A stretch of 64,000 bases of DNA, taken from NCBI GenBank assembly GCA_963697895.1, contig OY969100.1:672001-736000 (forward strand), written 5' to 3'. Both the position numbers and the translations under genes were made by a program. Origin of the DNA: an uncultured Methanomicrobiales archaeon. GTDB taxonomy: Archaea; Halobacteriota; Methanomicrobia; Methanomicrobiales; Methanospirillaceae. The notes below the pieces were generated by a model. It saw nothing but the letters and a program-made list of their open reading frames with translations. It made no database searches and was not told where the DNA came from. This document shows positions 31,396 to 43,415 of the stretch, piece by piece. Position 1 is the stretch's first letter, and every line of letters begins with the position of its first letter.

Positions 31396-31548
31396 TCATC
31401 GACGCTGATCTGTTTCATCCTCATCCACCGTCCCGTAGAGCTCGTCGTACATCTCGAGAATGACGTCGCTGAAGGTCATATTTCCTTTTTTAAGGGAGAC
31501 CAGCGCGTCATACACTTCTCTTGTTACGGATATGGTCTTCTTCGTCAC
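31396..31548 (-). CDS. Small VapB-like antitoxin / ribbon-helix-helix protein (50 aa; not in the ORF track)
   Basis: GTG start after GGAGGTGA; MTKKTISVTREVYDALVSLKKGNMTFSDVILEMYDELYGTVDEDETDQRR fits the archaeal KTIxxxxEVYxxLxxxK...FSDVI pattern. Confidence 0.75.
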   Translation of the reverse strand: MTKKTISVTREVYDALVSLKKGNMTFSDVILEMYDELYGTVDEDETDQRR

Positions 31549-31829
31549 CGGGGAAATATATCACCTCCTGCATATTAAATATATCTGGTATATCGGGAAC
31601 ATTATTTATACTAGTTATTTTGAATATAAAACATGTATGCACGTCAAGGTGGATGTATACTCTGGAATAGCGTTTGCTATGCTCATCATCGGGATGAGTG
31701 GAATCGAAACTGCTGAAAAAATCTCCGGGCTCAAGGAGAGCGATCGAACCAATTCTGGGTTCCCTGAATATGGGAGCCATAGCCTCGCCAAACCTGGTGC
31801 TACGGTAACTTCCAAGGAGGTGCTCAATA

Positions 31830-34800
31830 ATGCATAAATCTGCGTTGTTATGTCTGGTTATCCTGATAACGTTCGGTCTGCTCGCATGTATAGCGGGAGC
31901 TGCGGATATTTCAGGGTTCAAGAAAGATGAAAGCGGTAATCTGCTTGATGGCTGGGAGATCACGCTTTACAATGAATCTGGGCTCGTAGCCAACAACACC
32001 ACTATAGGTGGACTGTACCTATTCGAGAACCTGGATTTCGGTAACTATACGGTGAACGAGACCCCGCAATGCGGGTGGTTGCAAATATCAGGGGACTATA
32101 TTGTCGAACTGAATGTGACAAACTCCACGTTCACGGATCTGAATTTCACGAACCAGCAGCAGCTTGGGAACTATTACGGGAATGAAATGGAACGACCTGA
32201 ACGCCGATGGAATCCATGATCCGGGAGAACCGGGTCTTTCGGGCTGGACAATCCGTTTACGGAACGCAACAACAAATTCAAATAGCGTCGCTATAAACGA
32301 TATAACCGACTCGAACGGGAATTATTCATTTACCAATCTATCCTGGGGAGATTACAATTTAACAGAAAACATCGGTGCATTTGACGGATGGCGTTTGACC
32401 TTCCCCGATTCAAATTTACACCAGCTAACCGTAAACTGCACGAATCTGACATTTACATCGATCGATTTCGGGAATCATCAGAGCATCATCGATGGGTATA
32501 AACGGGATGAGAACGGGAATGGACTTTCTGACTGGACTATCTCTCTCTATAACCAGACAACGGGAGAACTGATAAACCAGACAACAACCGATGGCTCAGG
32601 CTATTACAAATTTGTAAATTTATCTGTGGGTGGGACAAAGGGCAAATACACCGTAAATGAAACACCACAGCCCGGATATATTCTCACAAATCCACCAAGC
32701 GGGTTCTATTATGCTAACTTAACGGCCGCAAATCCGGATGCAACCAACCTGAACTTTACCAACGTCCGGTTAAATGGAAGCATAAGCGGATATAAACAGG
32801 ACCAACTTGGAGACCCTATCGAGAACTGGCCGATCAATCTCACGAACGTCTCGGGAACACCGGTCGGTAGCAACCTAACCGATCAAAATGGGTTCTTTAA
32901 TTTCACCGATCTCCCCTGGGATACGTATAACGTGAGTGAAGGGATCCTTGCAGGGTACATACCCGCTGGTCCGACATTTTATGATTCTCTTACCGTGAAT
33001 GGGACTAACCTCGACATCGGGCCCGTGATCTTCACGAACGAGCTGGTGGGGTTCTGTATTGAGGGTCACAAGTTTGACAACAACACCGGTATGGGACTCT
33101 TCGGCTGGAATATCACAGTCACGGATGAAACGGATCAGGTAGTAGGAACCGCCATGACCGACGGGAATGGGCTCTACCAGGTCTGCGGTCTGATCCCGGG
33201 CAACTACACGGTCTGCGAGGAACTCAAGGACGGCTGGGTGAACGTGACCCCGGACTGCCAGAATGTCACGATTACAGATGCGGATGTTAGCGGCATCGAC
33301 TTCACGAACAAGCTGGCGGGGTTCTGTATTGAGGGTCACAAGTTTGACAACAATACCGGCATGGGACTCTTCGGCTGGAATATCACGGTCACGGATGAGG
33401 CGGATCAGGTAGTAGGCACTGCCATGACCGACGGAAACGGGCTCTACCAGGTCTGCGGTCTGATCCCAGGCAACTACACGGTCTGCGAGGAACTCAAGGA
33501 CGGCTGGGTGAACGTGACCCCGGACTGCCAGAATGTCACGATTACAGATGCGGATGTTAGCGGCATCGACTTCATGAACGAGCTGGCGGGGTTCTGTATT
33601 GAGGGTCACAAGATCGACAACAATTCCGGCATGGGACTCTTCGGCTGGAATGTCACGGTCACGGATGAAACGGATCAGGTAGTAGGAACCGCCATGACCG
33701 ACGGGAATGGGCTCTACCAGGTCTGCGGTCTGATCCCAGGCAACTACACGGTCTGCGAGGAACTCAAGGACGGCTGGGTTAATGTGACCCCGGACTGCCA
33801 GAATGTCACGATTGTTGATGCAAATATAAACGACATCGACTTCACGAACGAGCTGGCGGGGTTCTGTATTGAGGGTCACAAGTTTGACAACAACACCGGT
33901 ATGGGACTCTACGGCTGGAATATCACGGTCACGGATGAAACGGATCAGGTAGTAGGAACCGCCATGACCGACGGAAACGGGCTCTACCAGGTCTGCGGTC
34001 TGATCCCAGGCAACTACACGGTCTGCGAGGAACTCAAGGACGGCTGGGTGAACGTGACCCCGGACTGCCAGAATGTCACGATTACTGATGCGGATGTTAG
34101 CGGCATCGACTTCAACAACGAGCTGGCGGGGTTCTGTATTGAGGGTCACAAGATCGACAACAATTCCGGCATGGGACTCTTCGGCTGGAATATCACGGTC
34201 ACGGATGAGGCGGATCAGGTAGCAGGCACTGCCATGACCGACGGGAACGGCCTCTACCAGGTCTGCGGTCTGATCCCGGGCAACTTCACGGTCTGCGAGG
34301 AACTTAAGGACGGCTGGGTGAACGTGACCCCGGACTGCCAGAATGTCACGATTACTGATGCGGATGTTAGCGGCATCGACTTCATTAACGTACAGCCGGT
34401 GTTCTGTATCGATGGATACAAGATCGACGACTGCAACGATGAGGGTCTCCAGGGCTGGAACATAACCGTCAGGGACGAATCCGAAGCAGAGGTCGGAAAT
34501 GCGACCACGAATGGAAACGGGTACTACCTGGTCTGCAACCTGGTTCCGGGCAACTATACCGTCTGCGAGGAGATGCAGCCGGGATGGACAAACCTGACTC
34601 CGTCTTGCGTGGATGTCCAGATAAACGATGACAATGTGATTAACGTCAATTTCACGAACTCACAGGAATTCTGTATTGAAGGGTACAAGCTGGATGAGGA
34701 GACCGGCGATGGGCTGGAGGGATGGAACCTAACCGTTACGGATGACCTCGACCAGGAGGTCGGGACCGCGACCACCGACGAAAACGGGTTCTACCAGGTA

Positions 34801-37800
34801 TGCAACCTGATCCCGGGTGACTACACCGTCTGTGAAGAACTGCAACCCGGCTGGGTCAATGTAACCCCGATCTGCCAGGAAGTTACCTTGTTGTGTGAAA
34901 ACCTGACCGTGAACTTCACGAATATGCAACAGGAAGGTGAAACGTTCTGTATCGACGGGTACAAGATCGACGACTGCACCGGTGAGGGCCTTGAAGGATG
35001 GAATGTCACCGTTACAGACGAGCTCGACCAGGAAGTCGGGACCGCGACCACGGATGTAAACGGGCAATACCAGGTATGCAACCTGACTCCAGGCAACTAC
35101 ACTGTCTGCGAGGAACTGCAGGAAGGCTGGATGAACCTGACCCCGCTCTGCGCGGATGTCGAGATAGTCGATGCCGATGTGAACGACATCAACTTCACCA
35201 ATACGGAGCAGTTCTGCATCGATGGGTACAAACTTGATGTGGATACCGATGAGGGCCTGGAGGGATGGAACATCACGGTTACGGACGATCTCGACCAGGA
35301 GGTCGGGTCCGCGACCACGGATGTGAACGGGTACTACCAGGTTTGCAACTTGATCCCCGGTGACTACACGGTATGTGAAGAACTACAATCCGGTTGGGAG
35401 AATATTTCTCCCCTTTGCCAGGAAGTCACGCTCCGCTGTGACAATCTGACCGTGAACTTCACGAATGAACAGAAGGAGTTCTGTATCGACGGGTACAAGA
35501 TCGACAACTGTACCGGCGAGGGACTGGAGGGATGGATCATTACCGTCGAGGACGAATCCGAAGTCGTTTACGGGAGTGCGATCACCGACCAGAACGGTTA
35601 CTATCAGGTCTGCAACCTGACCCCCGGCAACTATATCGTCTGCGAGGAACTGCAGGATGGCTGGATAGACCTGACCCCGCCCTGCGTGGATGTGGAGATA
35701 GTTGATGCCGATGTGCATGATATCAACTTCACCAACACCCGGCAGTTCTGTATCGAAGGGTACAAACTCGATGCGGAGACCGGCGAGGGACTGGAGGGAT
35801 GGACCATTACGGTTACGGATGATCTCGACCAGGAAGTCGGAAATGTGATTACCGACCAGGACGGTTTCTATCAGGTCTGCGACCTCACTCCGGGCAACTA
35901 CACGGTCTGCGAGGAGTTGCAACCGGGATATCTCAATGTTACCCCGATCTGCCTGGAAGTCACTCTGCCCTGCAACAACCTGACCGTGAACTTCACGAAT
36001 CTGCAACAGGAAGGCGAAACGTTCTGCATTGACGGATATAAGATCGACAACTGTACGGGTGAGGGTCTCGAGGGCTGGACCGTCTATGTAATGAATGAGT
36101 CCGAGGTAGTCGGGAGCGCAGGAACCGATCAGGACGGATTCTACCAGGTCTGCAACTTAATCCCGGGCGATTACACCGTCTGCGAGTTTATGCAGCCAGG
36201 GTGGATGAACCTGACACCGACCTGCGTAGATGTTCCCGTCAGTGATTCCGACGTCCACAACATCAATTTTACGAACACACAGCAGTTCTGCATCGAGGGG
36301 TACAAGTTTGATCAGCAGACCGGCCTCGGGCTTGAGGGATGGACAATCTATGTCACGGATGAATCCGAAGAGGTTCTCGCGAGCACGATAACCGACCAGG
36401 ATGGTTTCTTCCAGATCTGCGGACTGATTCCGGGCGATTACATCGTCTGCGAGGAACTGCAACCGGGATGGGTAAATGTCTCCCCGATCTGCCAGGAAGT
36501 CACGCTGCCATGCGAAAATCTGACCGTGAACTTCACGAATATGCAACAGGCAGGTGAAACGTTCTGTATCGACGGATACAAGATCGACAACTGCACTGGT
36601 GAAGGGCTTGAGGGCTGGAACATCATCGTCAAGGACGAATCCGACATAGAGGTCGGGACCGCGATCACCGACGAGAACGGTTTCTACCGGGTCTGCAGCC
36701 TTATCCCAGGTAACTACACCGTCTGCGAGGAACTGCAGGACGGCTGGATGAACCTGACTCCAATCTGTGTGGATGTCGAGATAATCGACGCCGATGTGAA
36801 CGATATTAATTTCACCAACACACAAATGTTCTGTATCGAAGGGCACAAGATCCAAGGCGAGACGGGCCTCGGACTGCCAGGGTGGAACGTCTCGGTGATA
36901 GATGAGTCCGGCCAGGAGGTCGGTGAGGCAACCACCGATGAGAACGGCTTCTACCAGGTCTGTACTCTGATTCCGGGCAACTACACCGTCTGCGAAGAAC
37001 TGCAGCAGGGATGGGCGAACCTTACCCCGCTCTGTCAGAATGTTACCCTGTCCTGTGAAAACCTGACGGTGGATTTCGTAAACGATCCTGCGGTCTGTAT
37101 TGACGGGTACAAGATCGACAATTGCACCGGTCTCGGTGTCCCGGACTGGATAATCTCTGTCAGGGATGAGTCCGGTGCCTTGGTCGGGAGTGCAACAACC
37201 GACCAGAATGGTTTCTACCAGGTTTGCGGACTTATTGCTGGCAATTATACCGTCTGCGAGGAACTGCAGCCGGGTTGGATGAACCTGACCCCGTCCTGTG
37301 TGGACGTCGTTCTCGTGGATACCAACGTGAACAATGTCAACTTCACCAATACACAGCAGTTCTGTATCAACGGGTACAAGATCGACGAGCAGACCGGCCT
37401 CGGACTGCCCGGATGGAACATCTCGGTGATGGATGAATCCGGGCAGAATCTGGGTACCGCGATGACCGACCAGAATGGCTTCTACCAGGTCTGTGGCCTG
37501 ATTCCAGGTAATTACACTGTCTGCGAGGAAACGCAGCCGGGCTGGATGAACCTGACCCCGTCCTGCGTGGATATCACTTTGCCGTGCAACGATCTCACCA
37601 TTAACTTCACCAACTTGCAAACATTCGGTCAGATTTGTGGCTGGGTGGGGCCGAACTGTAATGAGGGTGGACTCTATCCACCTGATATACGGGTTCGGTT
37701 CGCCCTGAATGCATCAGATCTGAACGTACCAGGGATGTATTTTGAGACCACCACCGATATCCGGGGTGTTTACTGCATCTCGGGATTGCCAACCGGCCAA

Positions 37801-38010
37801 CCCCTCTTTGGAATTGCGTTATCCCCGCTTGCATTCCCGGACAGGTACCTCGAACGACCCATCAGTTACCAGATAGACAGTGGCAAACTTATCACCTGTG
37901 AGGACAGTGCATGCACGCCCCAGATACCTCCCCTGGCAAATAATGGGACTCTGCAGGTGAACTGGGTCCTTACCAACAATCAGGCATTTTTTAATCCAAT
38001 GCCCCTGTAA
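31830..38010 (+). CDS. Giant CnaB/SdrD-B repeat surface protein (about 2,060 aa) with one frameshift near 32165
   Basis: GGAGGT SD, signal peptide and first domain in 31830..32219. Removing one base in cttgggaact gives LGTITGMKWND, joining 32164..38010. About 21 repeat domains plus domain Z. Confidence 0.85.
33040..37620 (+). repeat. Five near-identical 270-bp repeats (33040-34389) followed by six diverged A/B repeat pairs
   Basis: Period 270 at 33040, 33310, 33580, 33850, 34120; then alternating KID(D/N)C and TLxCxxLT domains. Confidence 0.9.
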
Positions 38011-38278
38011 CTTTTTTCAAAAGCAGAAGCCCGATATCACATACTACCCTGCATTACCCGGAATAGAGAATGGGACGGGAATTTTAGGTCTTTTATAGCG
38101 TTATAACATTGATTTCTGAACCGGATAACAGATGAATGCGAAAAAGTTTTACTGGCGATTTTCTCATAAGGATAGTGCATTATTCTTATTCTCTCCTCGT
38201 TCCTTTTCACAATCGGATGGGGTTGAGTTTTCCCCCAAATTATAAATAATGGATGAACACTTTACCACTGCAGTGAAC

Positions 38279-38533
38279 ATGACGCAGATTAAGAAACGGG
38301 ACGGCCGCATGGAGACGTTTATGCCGGAAAAGATCGTTGTGAGTGCGGTCAAATCAGGTGCATCCCTTGAGGAGGCCCGGTTGATTGCAAAGGATATCGA
38401 AATGAAGGCGGCCAGTTATCCCTCAACGCAGGAGATTAAAACGAAAGTCCTTTCGATGCTCAGGCAGAAGAATCCCGAATGGGAAAAGAACTGGCTGATG
38501 TACGACAGGGCAGTAAAAAAGCGGCGTGATTAA
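38279..38533 (+). CDS. Stand-alone ATP-cone domain protein
   Basis: IKKRDGRMETFMPEKI...STQEI motif; TTATAAAT upstream. Confidence 0.85.
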   Translation: MTQIKKRDGRMETFMPEKIVVSAVKSGASLEEARLIAKDIEMKAASYPSTQEIKTKVLSMLRQKNPEWEKNWLMYDRAVKKRRD

Positions 38534-38663
38534 TTCAGATCATCAACTATTTTAAACAAGGGAAAAGATAGAGTGAGGATTCGCTCTTGAGGGTATTGCG
38601 AATCTGTTGTCCCACATCCTTCGTAAAAGGGGAATAAAGATAATGTCCAATCATTTTCTTTCT

Positions 38664-39518
38664 TCATGAACGTTCATTCATCATCTTCCCGATTAATTGT
38701 TCACGTTCCCTGTCCGTGAGTTGTACGGGTACGGGATAACCATCTTCAAAGGTCGCGGCATTCCGTCGGTACAACACTCCAAGTCCTATCCTTGCGTCCG
38801 TGTTGTAGTCCCATTCCCTCGCTTTCATGAACGCATTCTGATAATCTCCGAGGTCATCCTCCTTCCAGTCGTAGATACGGGCATTGTAATAGTCTGTCAG
38901 ATCGTTATACGTGGCACAGATCTGGAGAATGTCGATGAAGGAGAAGCCACGATGCATCAGCGCCTCGCGGATAAGGTACCGGAGTTGTTCGGCCTTCCGG
39001 GTATACCCCCGACCGATGAAGGTTGCACCGGAGGTCAACATCAATTCGAGCGGATTTATTGGGTATTCATGTTCTCCGTCCGGACTGGACCGCCCACGAA
39101 AACCGAACGGGGATGTAGGAGTAAACTGACCGGTCGTCAGCCCGTATACCCGGTTATCATGCACCAGAACCGTGATATCCAGGTTCCGCTTCGCTGCGAA
39201 GATCAGGTGATCGAGTCCCTCGGCATAACAATCACCATCTCCCGCGATGCAGATCACTTTCAGATCCGGGTTTGAAAGTCTGATGCCGGTCGCAACGGGT
39301 ATGGTCCTTCCATGAAGCGAATAGAACCCGTTAATGTTCATAAAGTCGAAAATTTTCCCATGCTGCCCGATTCCGGCTACAAGCACGATATTTTCGAGAG
39401 GTATCCCGTCACGGTCGAGTTCCGTAAGGACATCTTTTATCGCGTGCTGGATGACGAAGTTCCCACAACCCGGACACCAGGTATTCTTCGCCCGGCTGAT
39501 GAGTTTGCTGCCGTTCAT
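38664..39518 (-). CDS. 2-oxoacid:ferredoxin oxidoreductase beta subunit
   Basis: WCPGCGN, HGR, GDGD...N TPP motif, YGLTTGQ. Confidence 0.93.
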   Translation of the reverse strand: MNGSKLISRAKNTWCPGCGNFVIQHAIKDVLTELDRDGIPLENIVLVAGIGQHGKIFDFMNINGFYSLHGRTIPVATGIRLSNPDLKVICIAGDGDCYAEGLDHLIFAAKRNLDITVLVHDNRVYGLTTGQFTPTSPFGFRGRSSPDGEHEYPINPLELMLTSGATFIGRGYTRKAEQLRYLIREALMHRGFSFIDILQICATYNDLTDYYNARIYDWKEDDLGDYQNAFMKAREWDYNTDARIGLGVLYRRNAATFEDGYPVPVQLTDREREQLIGKMMNERS

Positions 39519-41203
39519 GCGATCGCTCTCCGGAGTTCAGTTTCGAGCTCTTCGACCATGTACGGTCTCCCATCGTACTTCAGGACGTCCTCCTTGGACG
39601 TGAAACCAAACTGTTTTAAAAGACGGCTGAGCTGTCCTGTTTCGTTTGTCTCGATGCAATAGAACCGTGTTACTCCTTTCATCGCAATTTCGAAGTTCCG
39701 TTCGGGAAATGGCCAGAGAACCACCGGCTGAATAACGCGGAAACCCATCTTGGATCCAAGTTCATTGCATACTCCCTTGTTCGAGCCCCAGCAAAGGAGG
39801 GCGGTTTCGCTGTCCGGTTCTCCCCCGGTATTGACCGACTGCATCTGCTCAATCTCTACCTTAAGGTATTCCATCTTTCTCTTACGTTTATCGGCCATTG
39901 CCGTTGTCGTTTCAGGGTCCTCCGTAGTGATCCCATCGGGGTCATGGACATGACTGTTCACTTTGATATATTCGCCTTTCACCGGCGGGAAACGCAACGG
40001 TGAGATTCCCGAAGGAGAGATGGCATATCTGAGATAAGGATGATCTGGATTCGTATCGAGAACCGCCTCACTGCGAGAAGGGAAGATTTCCTCGGGATCC
40101 AGGGTGTACATCCCCTCGCAGATTATCTTGTCAGAGAGAAGAATGGCCGGTAGTTGATATTTCCAGGCAAGGTCCAGTCCGGCGGTCGACCATTTCCTGG
40201 CTTCGCCTGCATCTCCCGGTGCAATGATCAGCCTCGGAAACTCTCCTTGTCCGGCACTCAGGGCAAAGTTGAGATCGGCCTGGGCGGTGTACGTTGCAAG
40301 GCCGGTGCTCGGACCGGTACGCTGGCCGAGAATGATAAGGACCGGAAGCTCTGCAATGCCGGAAAGACCGAGGGCTTCGGTCATAAGGCAGAACCCCCCA
40401 CCCGACGTGCCGACAGCAGCTCTGGTTCCGGCATATGCGCACCCCAGAGCCGTCAGGACCACGGCGATCTCGCTCTCAGGCTGAATTACCCTGATCCGGA
40501 ATTCTTCCGCATGAGCAGCGAGGAAATGAAGAATATTCGAGGTCGGCGACATCGGGTATCCGAAATAACAGTCGAGGTCAGCCTCGGCTAACCCGAGACC
40601 GATCGCCTCGTTTCCGGTGAACACCGGAAAGCGCGGGCCTTCGAGGCTTTTTACCGGCAACAATTCCCGGGAATTATCGAACGCACGGCGGGCAACACTG
40701 AGGTTCTGCTCGATCCCTTTGGGAATGGATTTCCGTAATACCGATTCGGCAATTTTCCAGTCGATGGCTGCGGCCCGGACGAATGCACCTATCATTGCAG
40801 AGTTCCCCATCACCTGGGGTGCCCGTTCCGCGGCAAGAATGTCCTTGATAGGAACTGCAATCCCTCCCCGTAATTTCACCGAATCTGCATTGTACAGGAC
40901 AACTCCGGGATCAGCCAGGCGGAACGTATGGAGATCCAGCGTCTCCTGGTTCAATGCAAGAATAAAATCCACCCCGCTCCTCACCGCTCCGATCTTTACC
41001 CTGGCACCCCGGATGATGGCAAAATTATGACCTCCCTTGACCAGCGACGGATAATCGAAGTACATATGCACTCCAAACCCGAGCTGACCAAGGATCTGGC
41101 ATATGACCTGTCCGGCACTGCTGATGCCGTCCCCTGCTCTCCCCCCGATTAAAACCGATACCTCGTCTTCCTGCACTCTGGACTCTCCTGAATGTGGATC
41201 CAC
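39515..41203 (-). CDS. 2-oxoacid:ferredoxin oxidoreductase alpha subunit (gamma-alpha fusion)
   Basis: GGRAGDGI, GNEAIG, YPMSP, ESEIA, TSGGGF, RTGPSTGL. Confidence 0.93.
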   Translation of the reverse strand: MDPHSGESRVQEDEVSVLIGGRAGDGISSAGQVICQILGQLGFGVHMYFDYPSLVKGGHNFAIIRGARVKIGAVRSGVDFILALNQETLDLHTFRLADPGVVLYNADSVKLRGGIAVPIKDILAAERAPQVMGNSAMIGAFVRAAAIDWKIAESVLRKSIPKGIEQNLSVARRAFDNSRELLPVKSLEGPRFPVFTGNEAIGLGLAEADLDCYFGYPMSPTSNILHFLAAHAEEFRIRVIQPESEIAVVLTALGCAYAGTRAAVGTSGGGFCLMTEALGLSGIAELPVLIILGQRTGPSTGLATYTAQADLNFALSAGQGEFPRLIIAPGDAGEARKWSTAGLDLAWKYQLPAILLSDKIICEGMYTLDPEEIFPSRSEAVLDTNPDHPYLRYAISPSGISPLRFPPVKGEYIKVNSHVHDPDGITTEDPETTTAMADKRKRKMEYLKVEIEQMQSVNTGGEPDSETALLCWGSNKGVCNELGSKMGFRVIQPVVLWPFPERNFEIAMKGVTRFYCIETNETGQLSRLLKQFGFTSKEDVLKYDGRPYMVEELETELRRAIA

Positions 41204-41448
41204 CTCAATATCTGCCGTCCAGATAAAAGGATATCTCTTTCATTCCGGCGAATATGTATCAATGGATGCATGAAGGAACTTCCCGTCCAATAGCTGATAA
41301 GAACGGCCTTCATTTAATGCCGGCAGGATTGCGCCACCAGGATCCATTCCCTGGATACCAGATCCCTGATACTTACTCAAAGAAATCTTCTCGAAAGGAA
41401 TCCGTTCCCGTGGTCCTGTCCGGTTCGGTTTCGGGACTCCACTCGTGC

Positions 41449-41742
41449 TTAAACGATCTTCCGCCATCGGAGAAGCAATGCAATCCCAAAATATCCGACT
41501 GATATGTACAGGTATCTGGTAAATTTAAATTGAATATACGCATAATCTCCGATCGTGAATCCGCGGTACAGCAGGAATACCTGAAGAACGATATAGAGGA
41601 TGAAAATAACCAGGAACAGGTACGCCATTATCAGCCCGATCGTCCAGGAGAGAACGAGGCCATCTGTTTTCAGGTTCATCAGCCGCAACTTTGTCCTCTT
41701 ATCGCTGTTTCCCACCTGCGACAGTGCTAACCGGGTATCCAT
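41449..41742 (-). CDS. Hypothetical small membrane protein
   Basis: Two hydrophobic segments; starts 3 bp after the upstream gene's stop. Confidence 0.5.
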   Translation of the reverse strand: MDTRLALSQVGNSDKRTKLRLMNLKTDGLVLSWTIGLIMAYLFLVIFILYIVLQVFLLYRGFTIGDYAYIQFKFTRYLYISVGYFGIALLLRWRKIV

Positions 41743-41745
41743 GGA

Positions 41746-42837
41746 TTATCTTTCGAGATAATTTGCCAGCACGATCTCATATAACCGTCGTACATTCACC
41801 TCTGTACGGGACATATCAGGGAATCCTCCAAACTGTTTTGCTCGGTTGACGTCCTCTGCGAGTTGGAGGTGGTATTGGCTTTTTGACATAAACCATCCCT
41901 TTTTTTTGTAATAACCGGCAAGATATTCCTGTTCCCACTGCCCGGGTGTCGGAATGAATAATCCCTGCCGGAGATCGAGCTCGGCGACATCCATCATGGT
42001 GGTATATCCTGAACGACTTATAATAAACTTTGATCTCGACATCAGCAGGGATTTTTCTTCATTGGAAACAGACGAATATACCTGAGTGGAATCATCAGGA
42101 AAAGAGATATCACCGGACGCCGGCTTTCCCAGTATGGCGATCTTTTTCCCGGGGAGTTCTGATATTTGCGGAATTAATATCCGCTCAAGCGCTGTCCGCT
42201 GTGGCTCCATCCCGGAGATCATCATGAGAAAGTCAATATCCCTGGCCAGAGGTTGTTTTTGAACACTCGCGAGGATTCCCGCATAGTAATATCGCGTGCG
42301 TGAGCGGCGAAAAGGTGTCCTTGAGAGCTTCCCGGCAAGGGCGTTATCCCCCGGCGGATTGTCCGGAATGATAATGCCTGAAAATTTCCTGAATACCCTG
42401 ATATTCAGATAAACTCCGATAAGCTCGATCGGCCACACGATAAGCGGAAAACTCTGCTGGACCTGGTGAGTAATCTGGAGGGAGGGGATAGTATTGGAAT
42501 AAACCCCCGGGCGTGAATCACTGATGATAAGATCATACTGATTTTGGGAAAGAATTCTTTCCAGGCACTTTCGCTCCGTGGCTAAAGACTGGACAAGTGT
42601 GTTCATATGGAGTGTAAATCTCGGAAAGAAGAGTCGGCCTGGATTGTATGGGGGAGGGTAATCCTGAAACCGAATAAACGAGCAGTCGGGAAATTCCTTT
42701 TCCAGAAATATGAGCGCATTCCCGCAGGCTGCGATCGTGACTTCGTTCCCGGACCGCAGCATCTCCCGTATAACCGGAATACACCGGGATGCATGGCCAA
42801 GACCCCAGTTCAACGGTGAGATGAGAGCATGGCCCAT
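41746..42837 (-). CDS. GT-B glycosyltransferase (GT28/MurG-like C-terminus)
   Basis: SPLNWGLGHASRCIP, ISRSGYTTMMD, IPTPGQWEQEYLA. Confidence 0.88.
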   Translation of the reverse strand: MGHALISPLNWGLGHASRCIPVIREMLRSGNEVTIAACGNALIFLEKEFPDCSFIRFQDYPPPYNPGRLFFPRFTLHMNTLVQSLATERKCLERILSQNQYDLIISDSRPGVYSNTIPSLQITHQVQQSFPLIVWPIELIGVYLNIRVFRKFSGIIIPDNPPGDNALAGKLSRTPFRRSRTRYYYAGILASVQKQPLARDIDFLMMISGMEPQRTALERILIPQISELPGKKIAILGKPASGDISFPDDSTQVYSSVSNEEKSLLMSRSKFIISRSGYTTMMDVAELDLRQGLFIPTPGQWEQEYLAGYYKKKGWFMSKSQYHLQLAEDVNRAKQFGGFPDMSRTEVNVRRLYEIVLANYLER

Positions 42838-42905
42838 GAAACCCCCTTATTTCCAAACCGTTTCTAATTAGGTCCGTTTCTTCTTAAAAAAACCTGAAGA
42901 TACGG

Positions 42906-43415
42906 TTATGTTCGAATCCCGCACGCGCCCCGACCGTGCTTCTCCAGATATTGCTGATGATACTCCTCAGCACGGTAAAAAGTACCCGCTGCAGTGATCT
43001 CCGTGACAATGTTTCGGGGAAATCTTCTGCTTTCTTCAATCCGTTTCTTTGATGCCTCAGCAGCCGCCTTCTGTTCAGGGGTATGGTAAAAAATGGCGGA
43101 GCGGTATTGTGTCCCGTGATCCGGTCCCTGGCGGTTGAGCGTGGTCGGATCATGAATGCTCCAGAAAGTATTCAGCAGTTCCTCAAAGGTTACGATCTGC
43201 GGGTCAAAGACGACCATAACGACCTCTGCATGGCCGGTCCGATCGGTACAGACATCCTCGTAGGTGGGATTGGGAAATGTTCCTCCCATGTAACCGACCT
43301 CCGTCGATACCACGCCCTTCACGCAGCGAAAAGATTCCTCCACATGCCAGAAGCATCCTGCGGCGAACGTTGCCTTTTCGAGAAGTGCAGGTGAATTCCT
43401 TTCTCCCATCTTCAT
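42906..43415 (-). CDS. msrA: Peptide-methionine (S)-S-oxide reductase
   Basis: AAGCFW, GHAEVV, DPTTLNRQGPD.GTQYRS, AEEYHQQY. Confidence 0.96.
   Translation of the reverse strand: MKMGERNSPALLEKATFAAGCFWHVEESFRCVKGVVSTEVGYMGGTFPNPTYEDVCTDRTGHAEVVMVVFDPQIVTFEELLNTFWSIHDPTTLNRQGPDHGTQYRSAIFYHTPEQKAAAEASKKRIEESRRFPRNIVTEITAAGTFYRAEEYHQQYLEKHGRGACGIRT

Noticed and set aside
32875-37620. Long - strand ORFs (424, 207 and 487 aa)
   Set aside because: Antisense shadows of the CnaB repeat gene.
31043-38100. Integrated element at tRNA-Thr
   Set aside because: No integrase, and no duplicated tRNA 3' end was found; the ccctccggc match at ~63180 is only about 9 bp.
41240-41467. 75-aa - strand ORF upstream of the oxidoreductase alpha gene
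   Set aside because: No recognisable motif or convincing start signal; cannot be supported.
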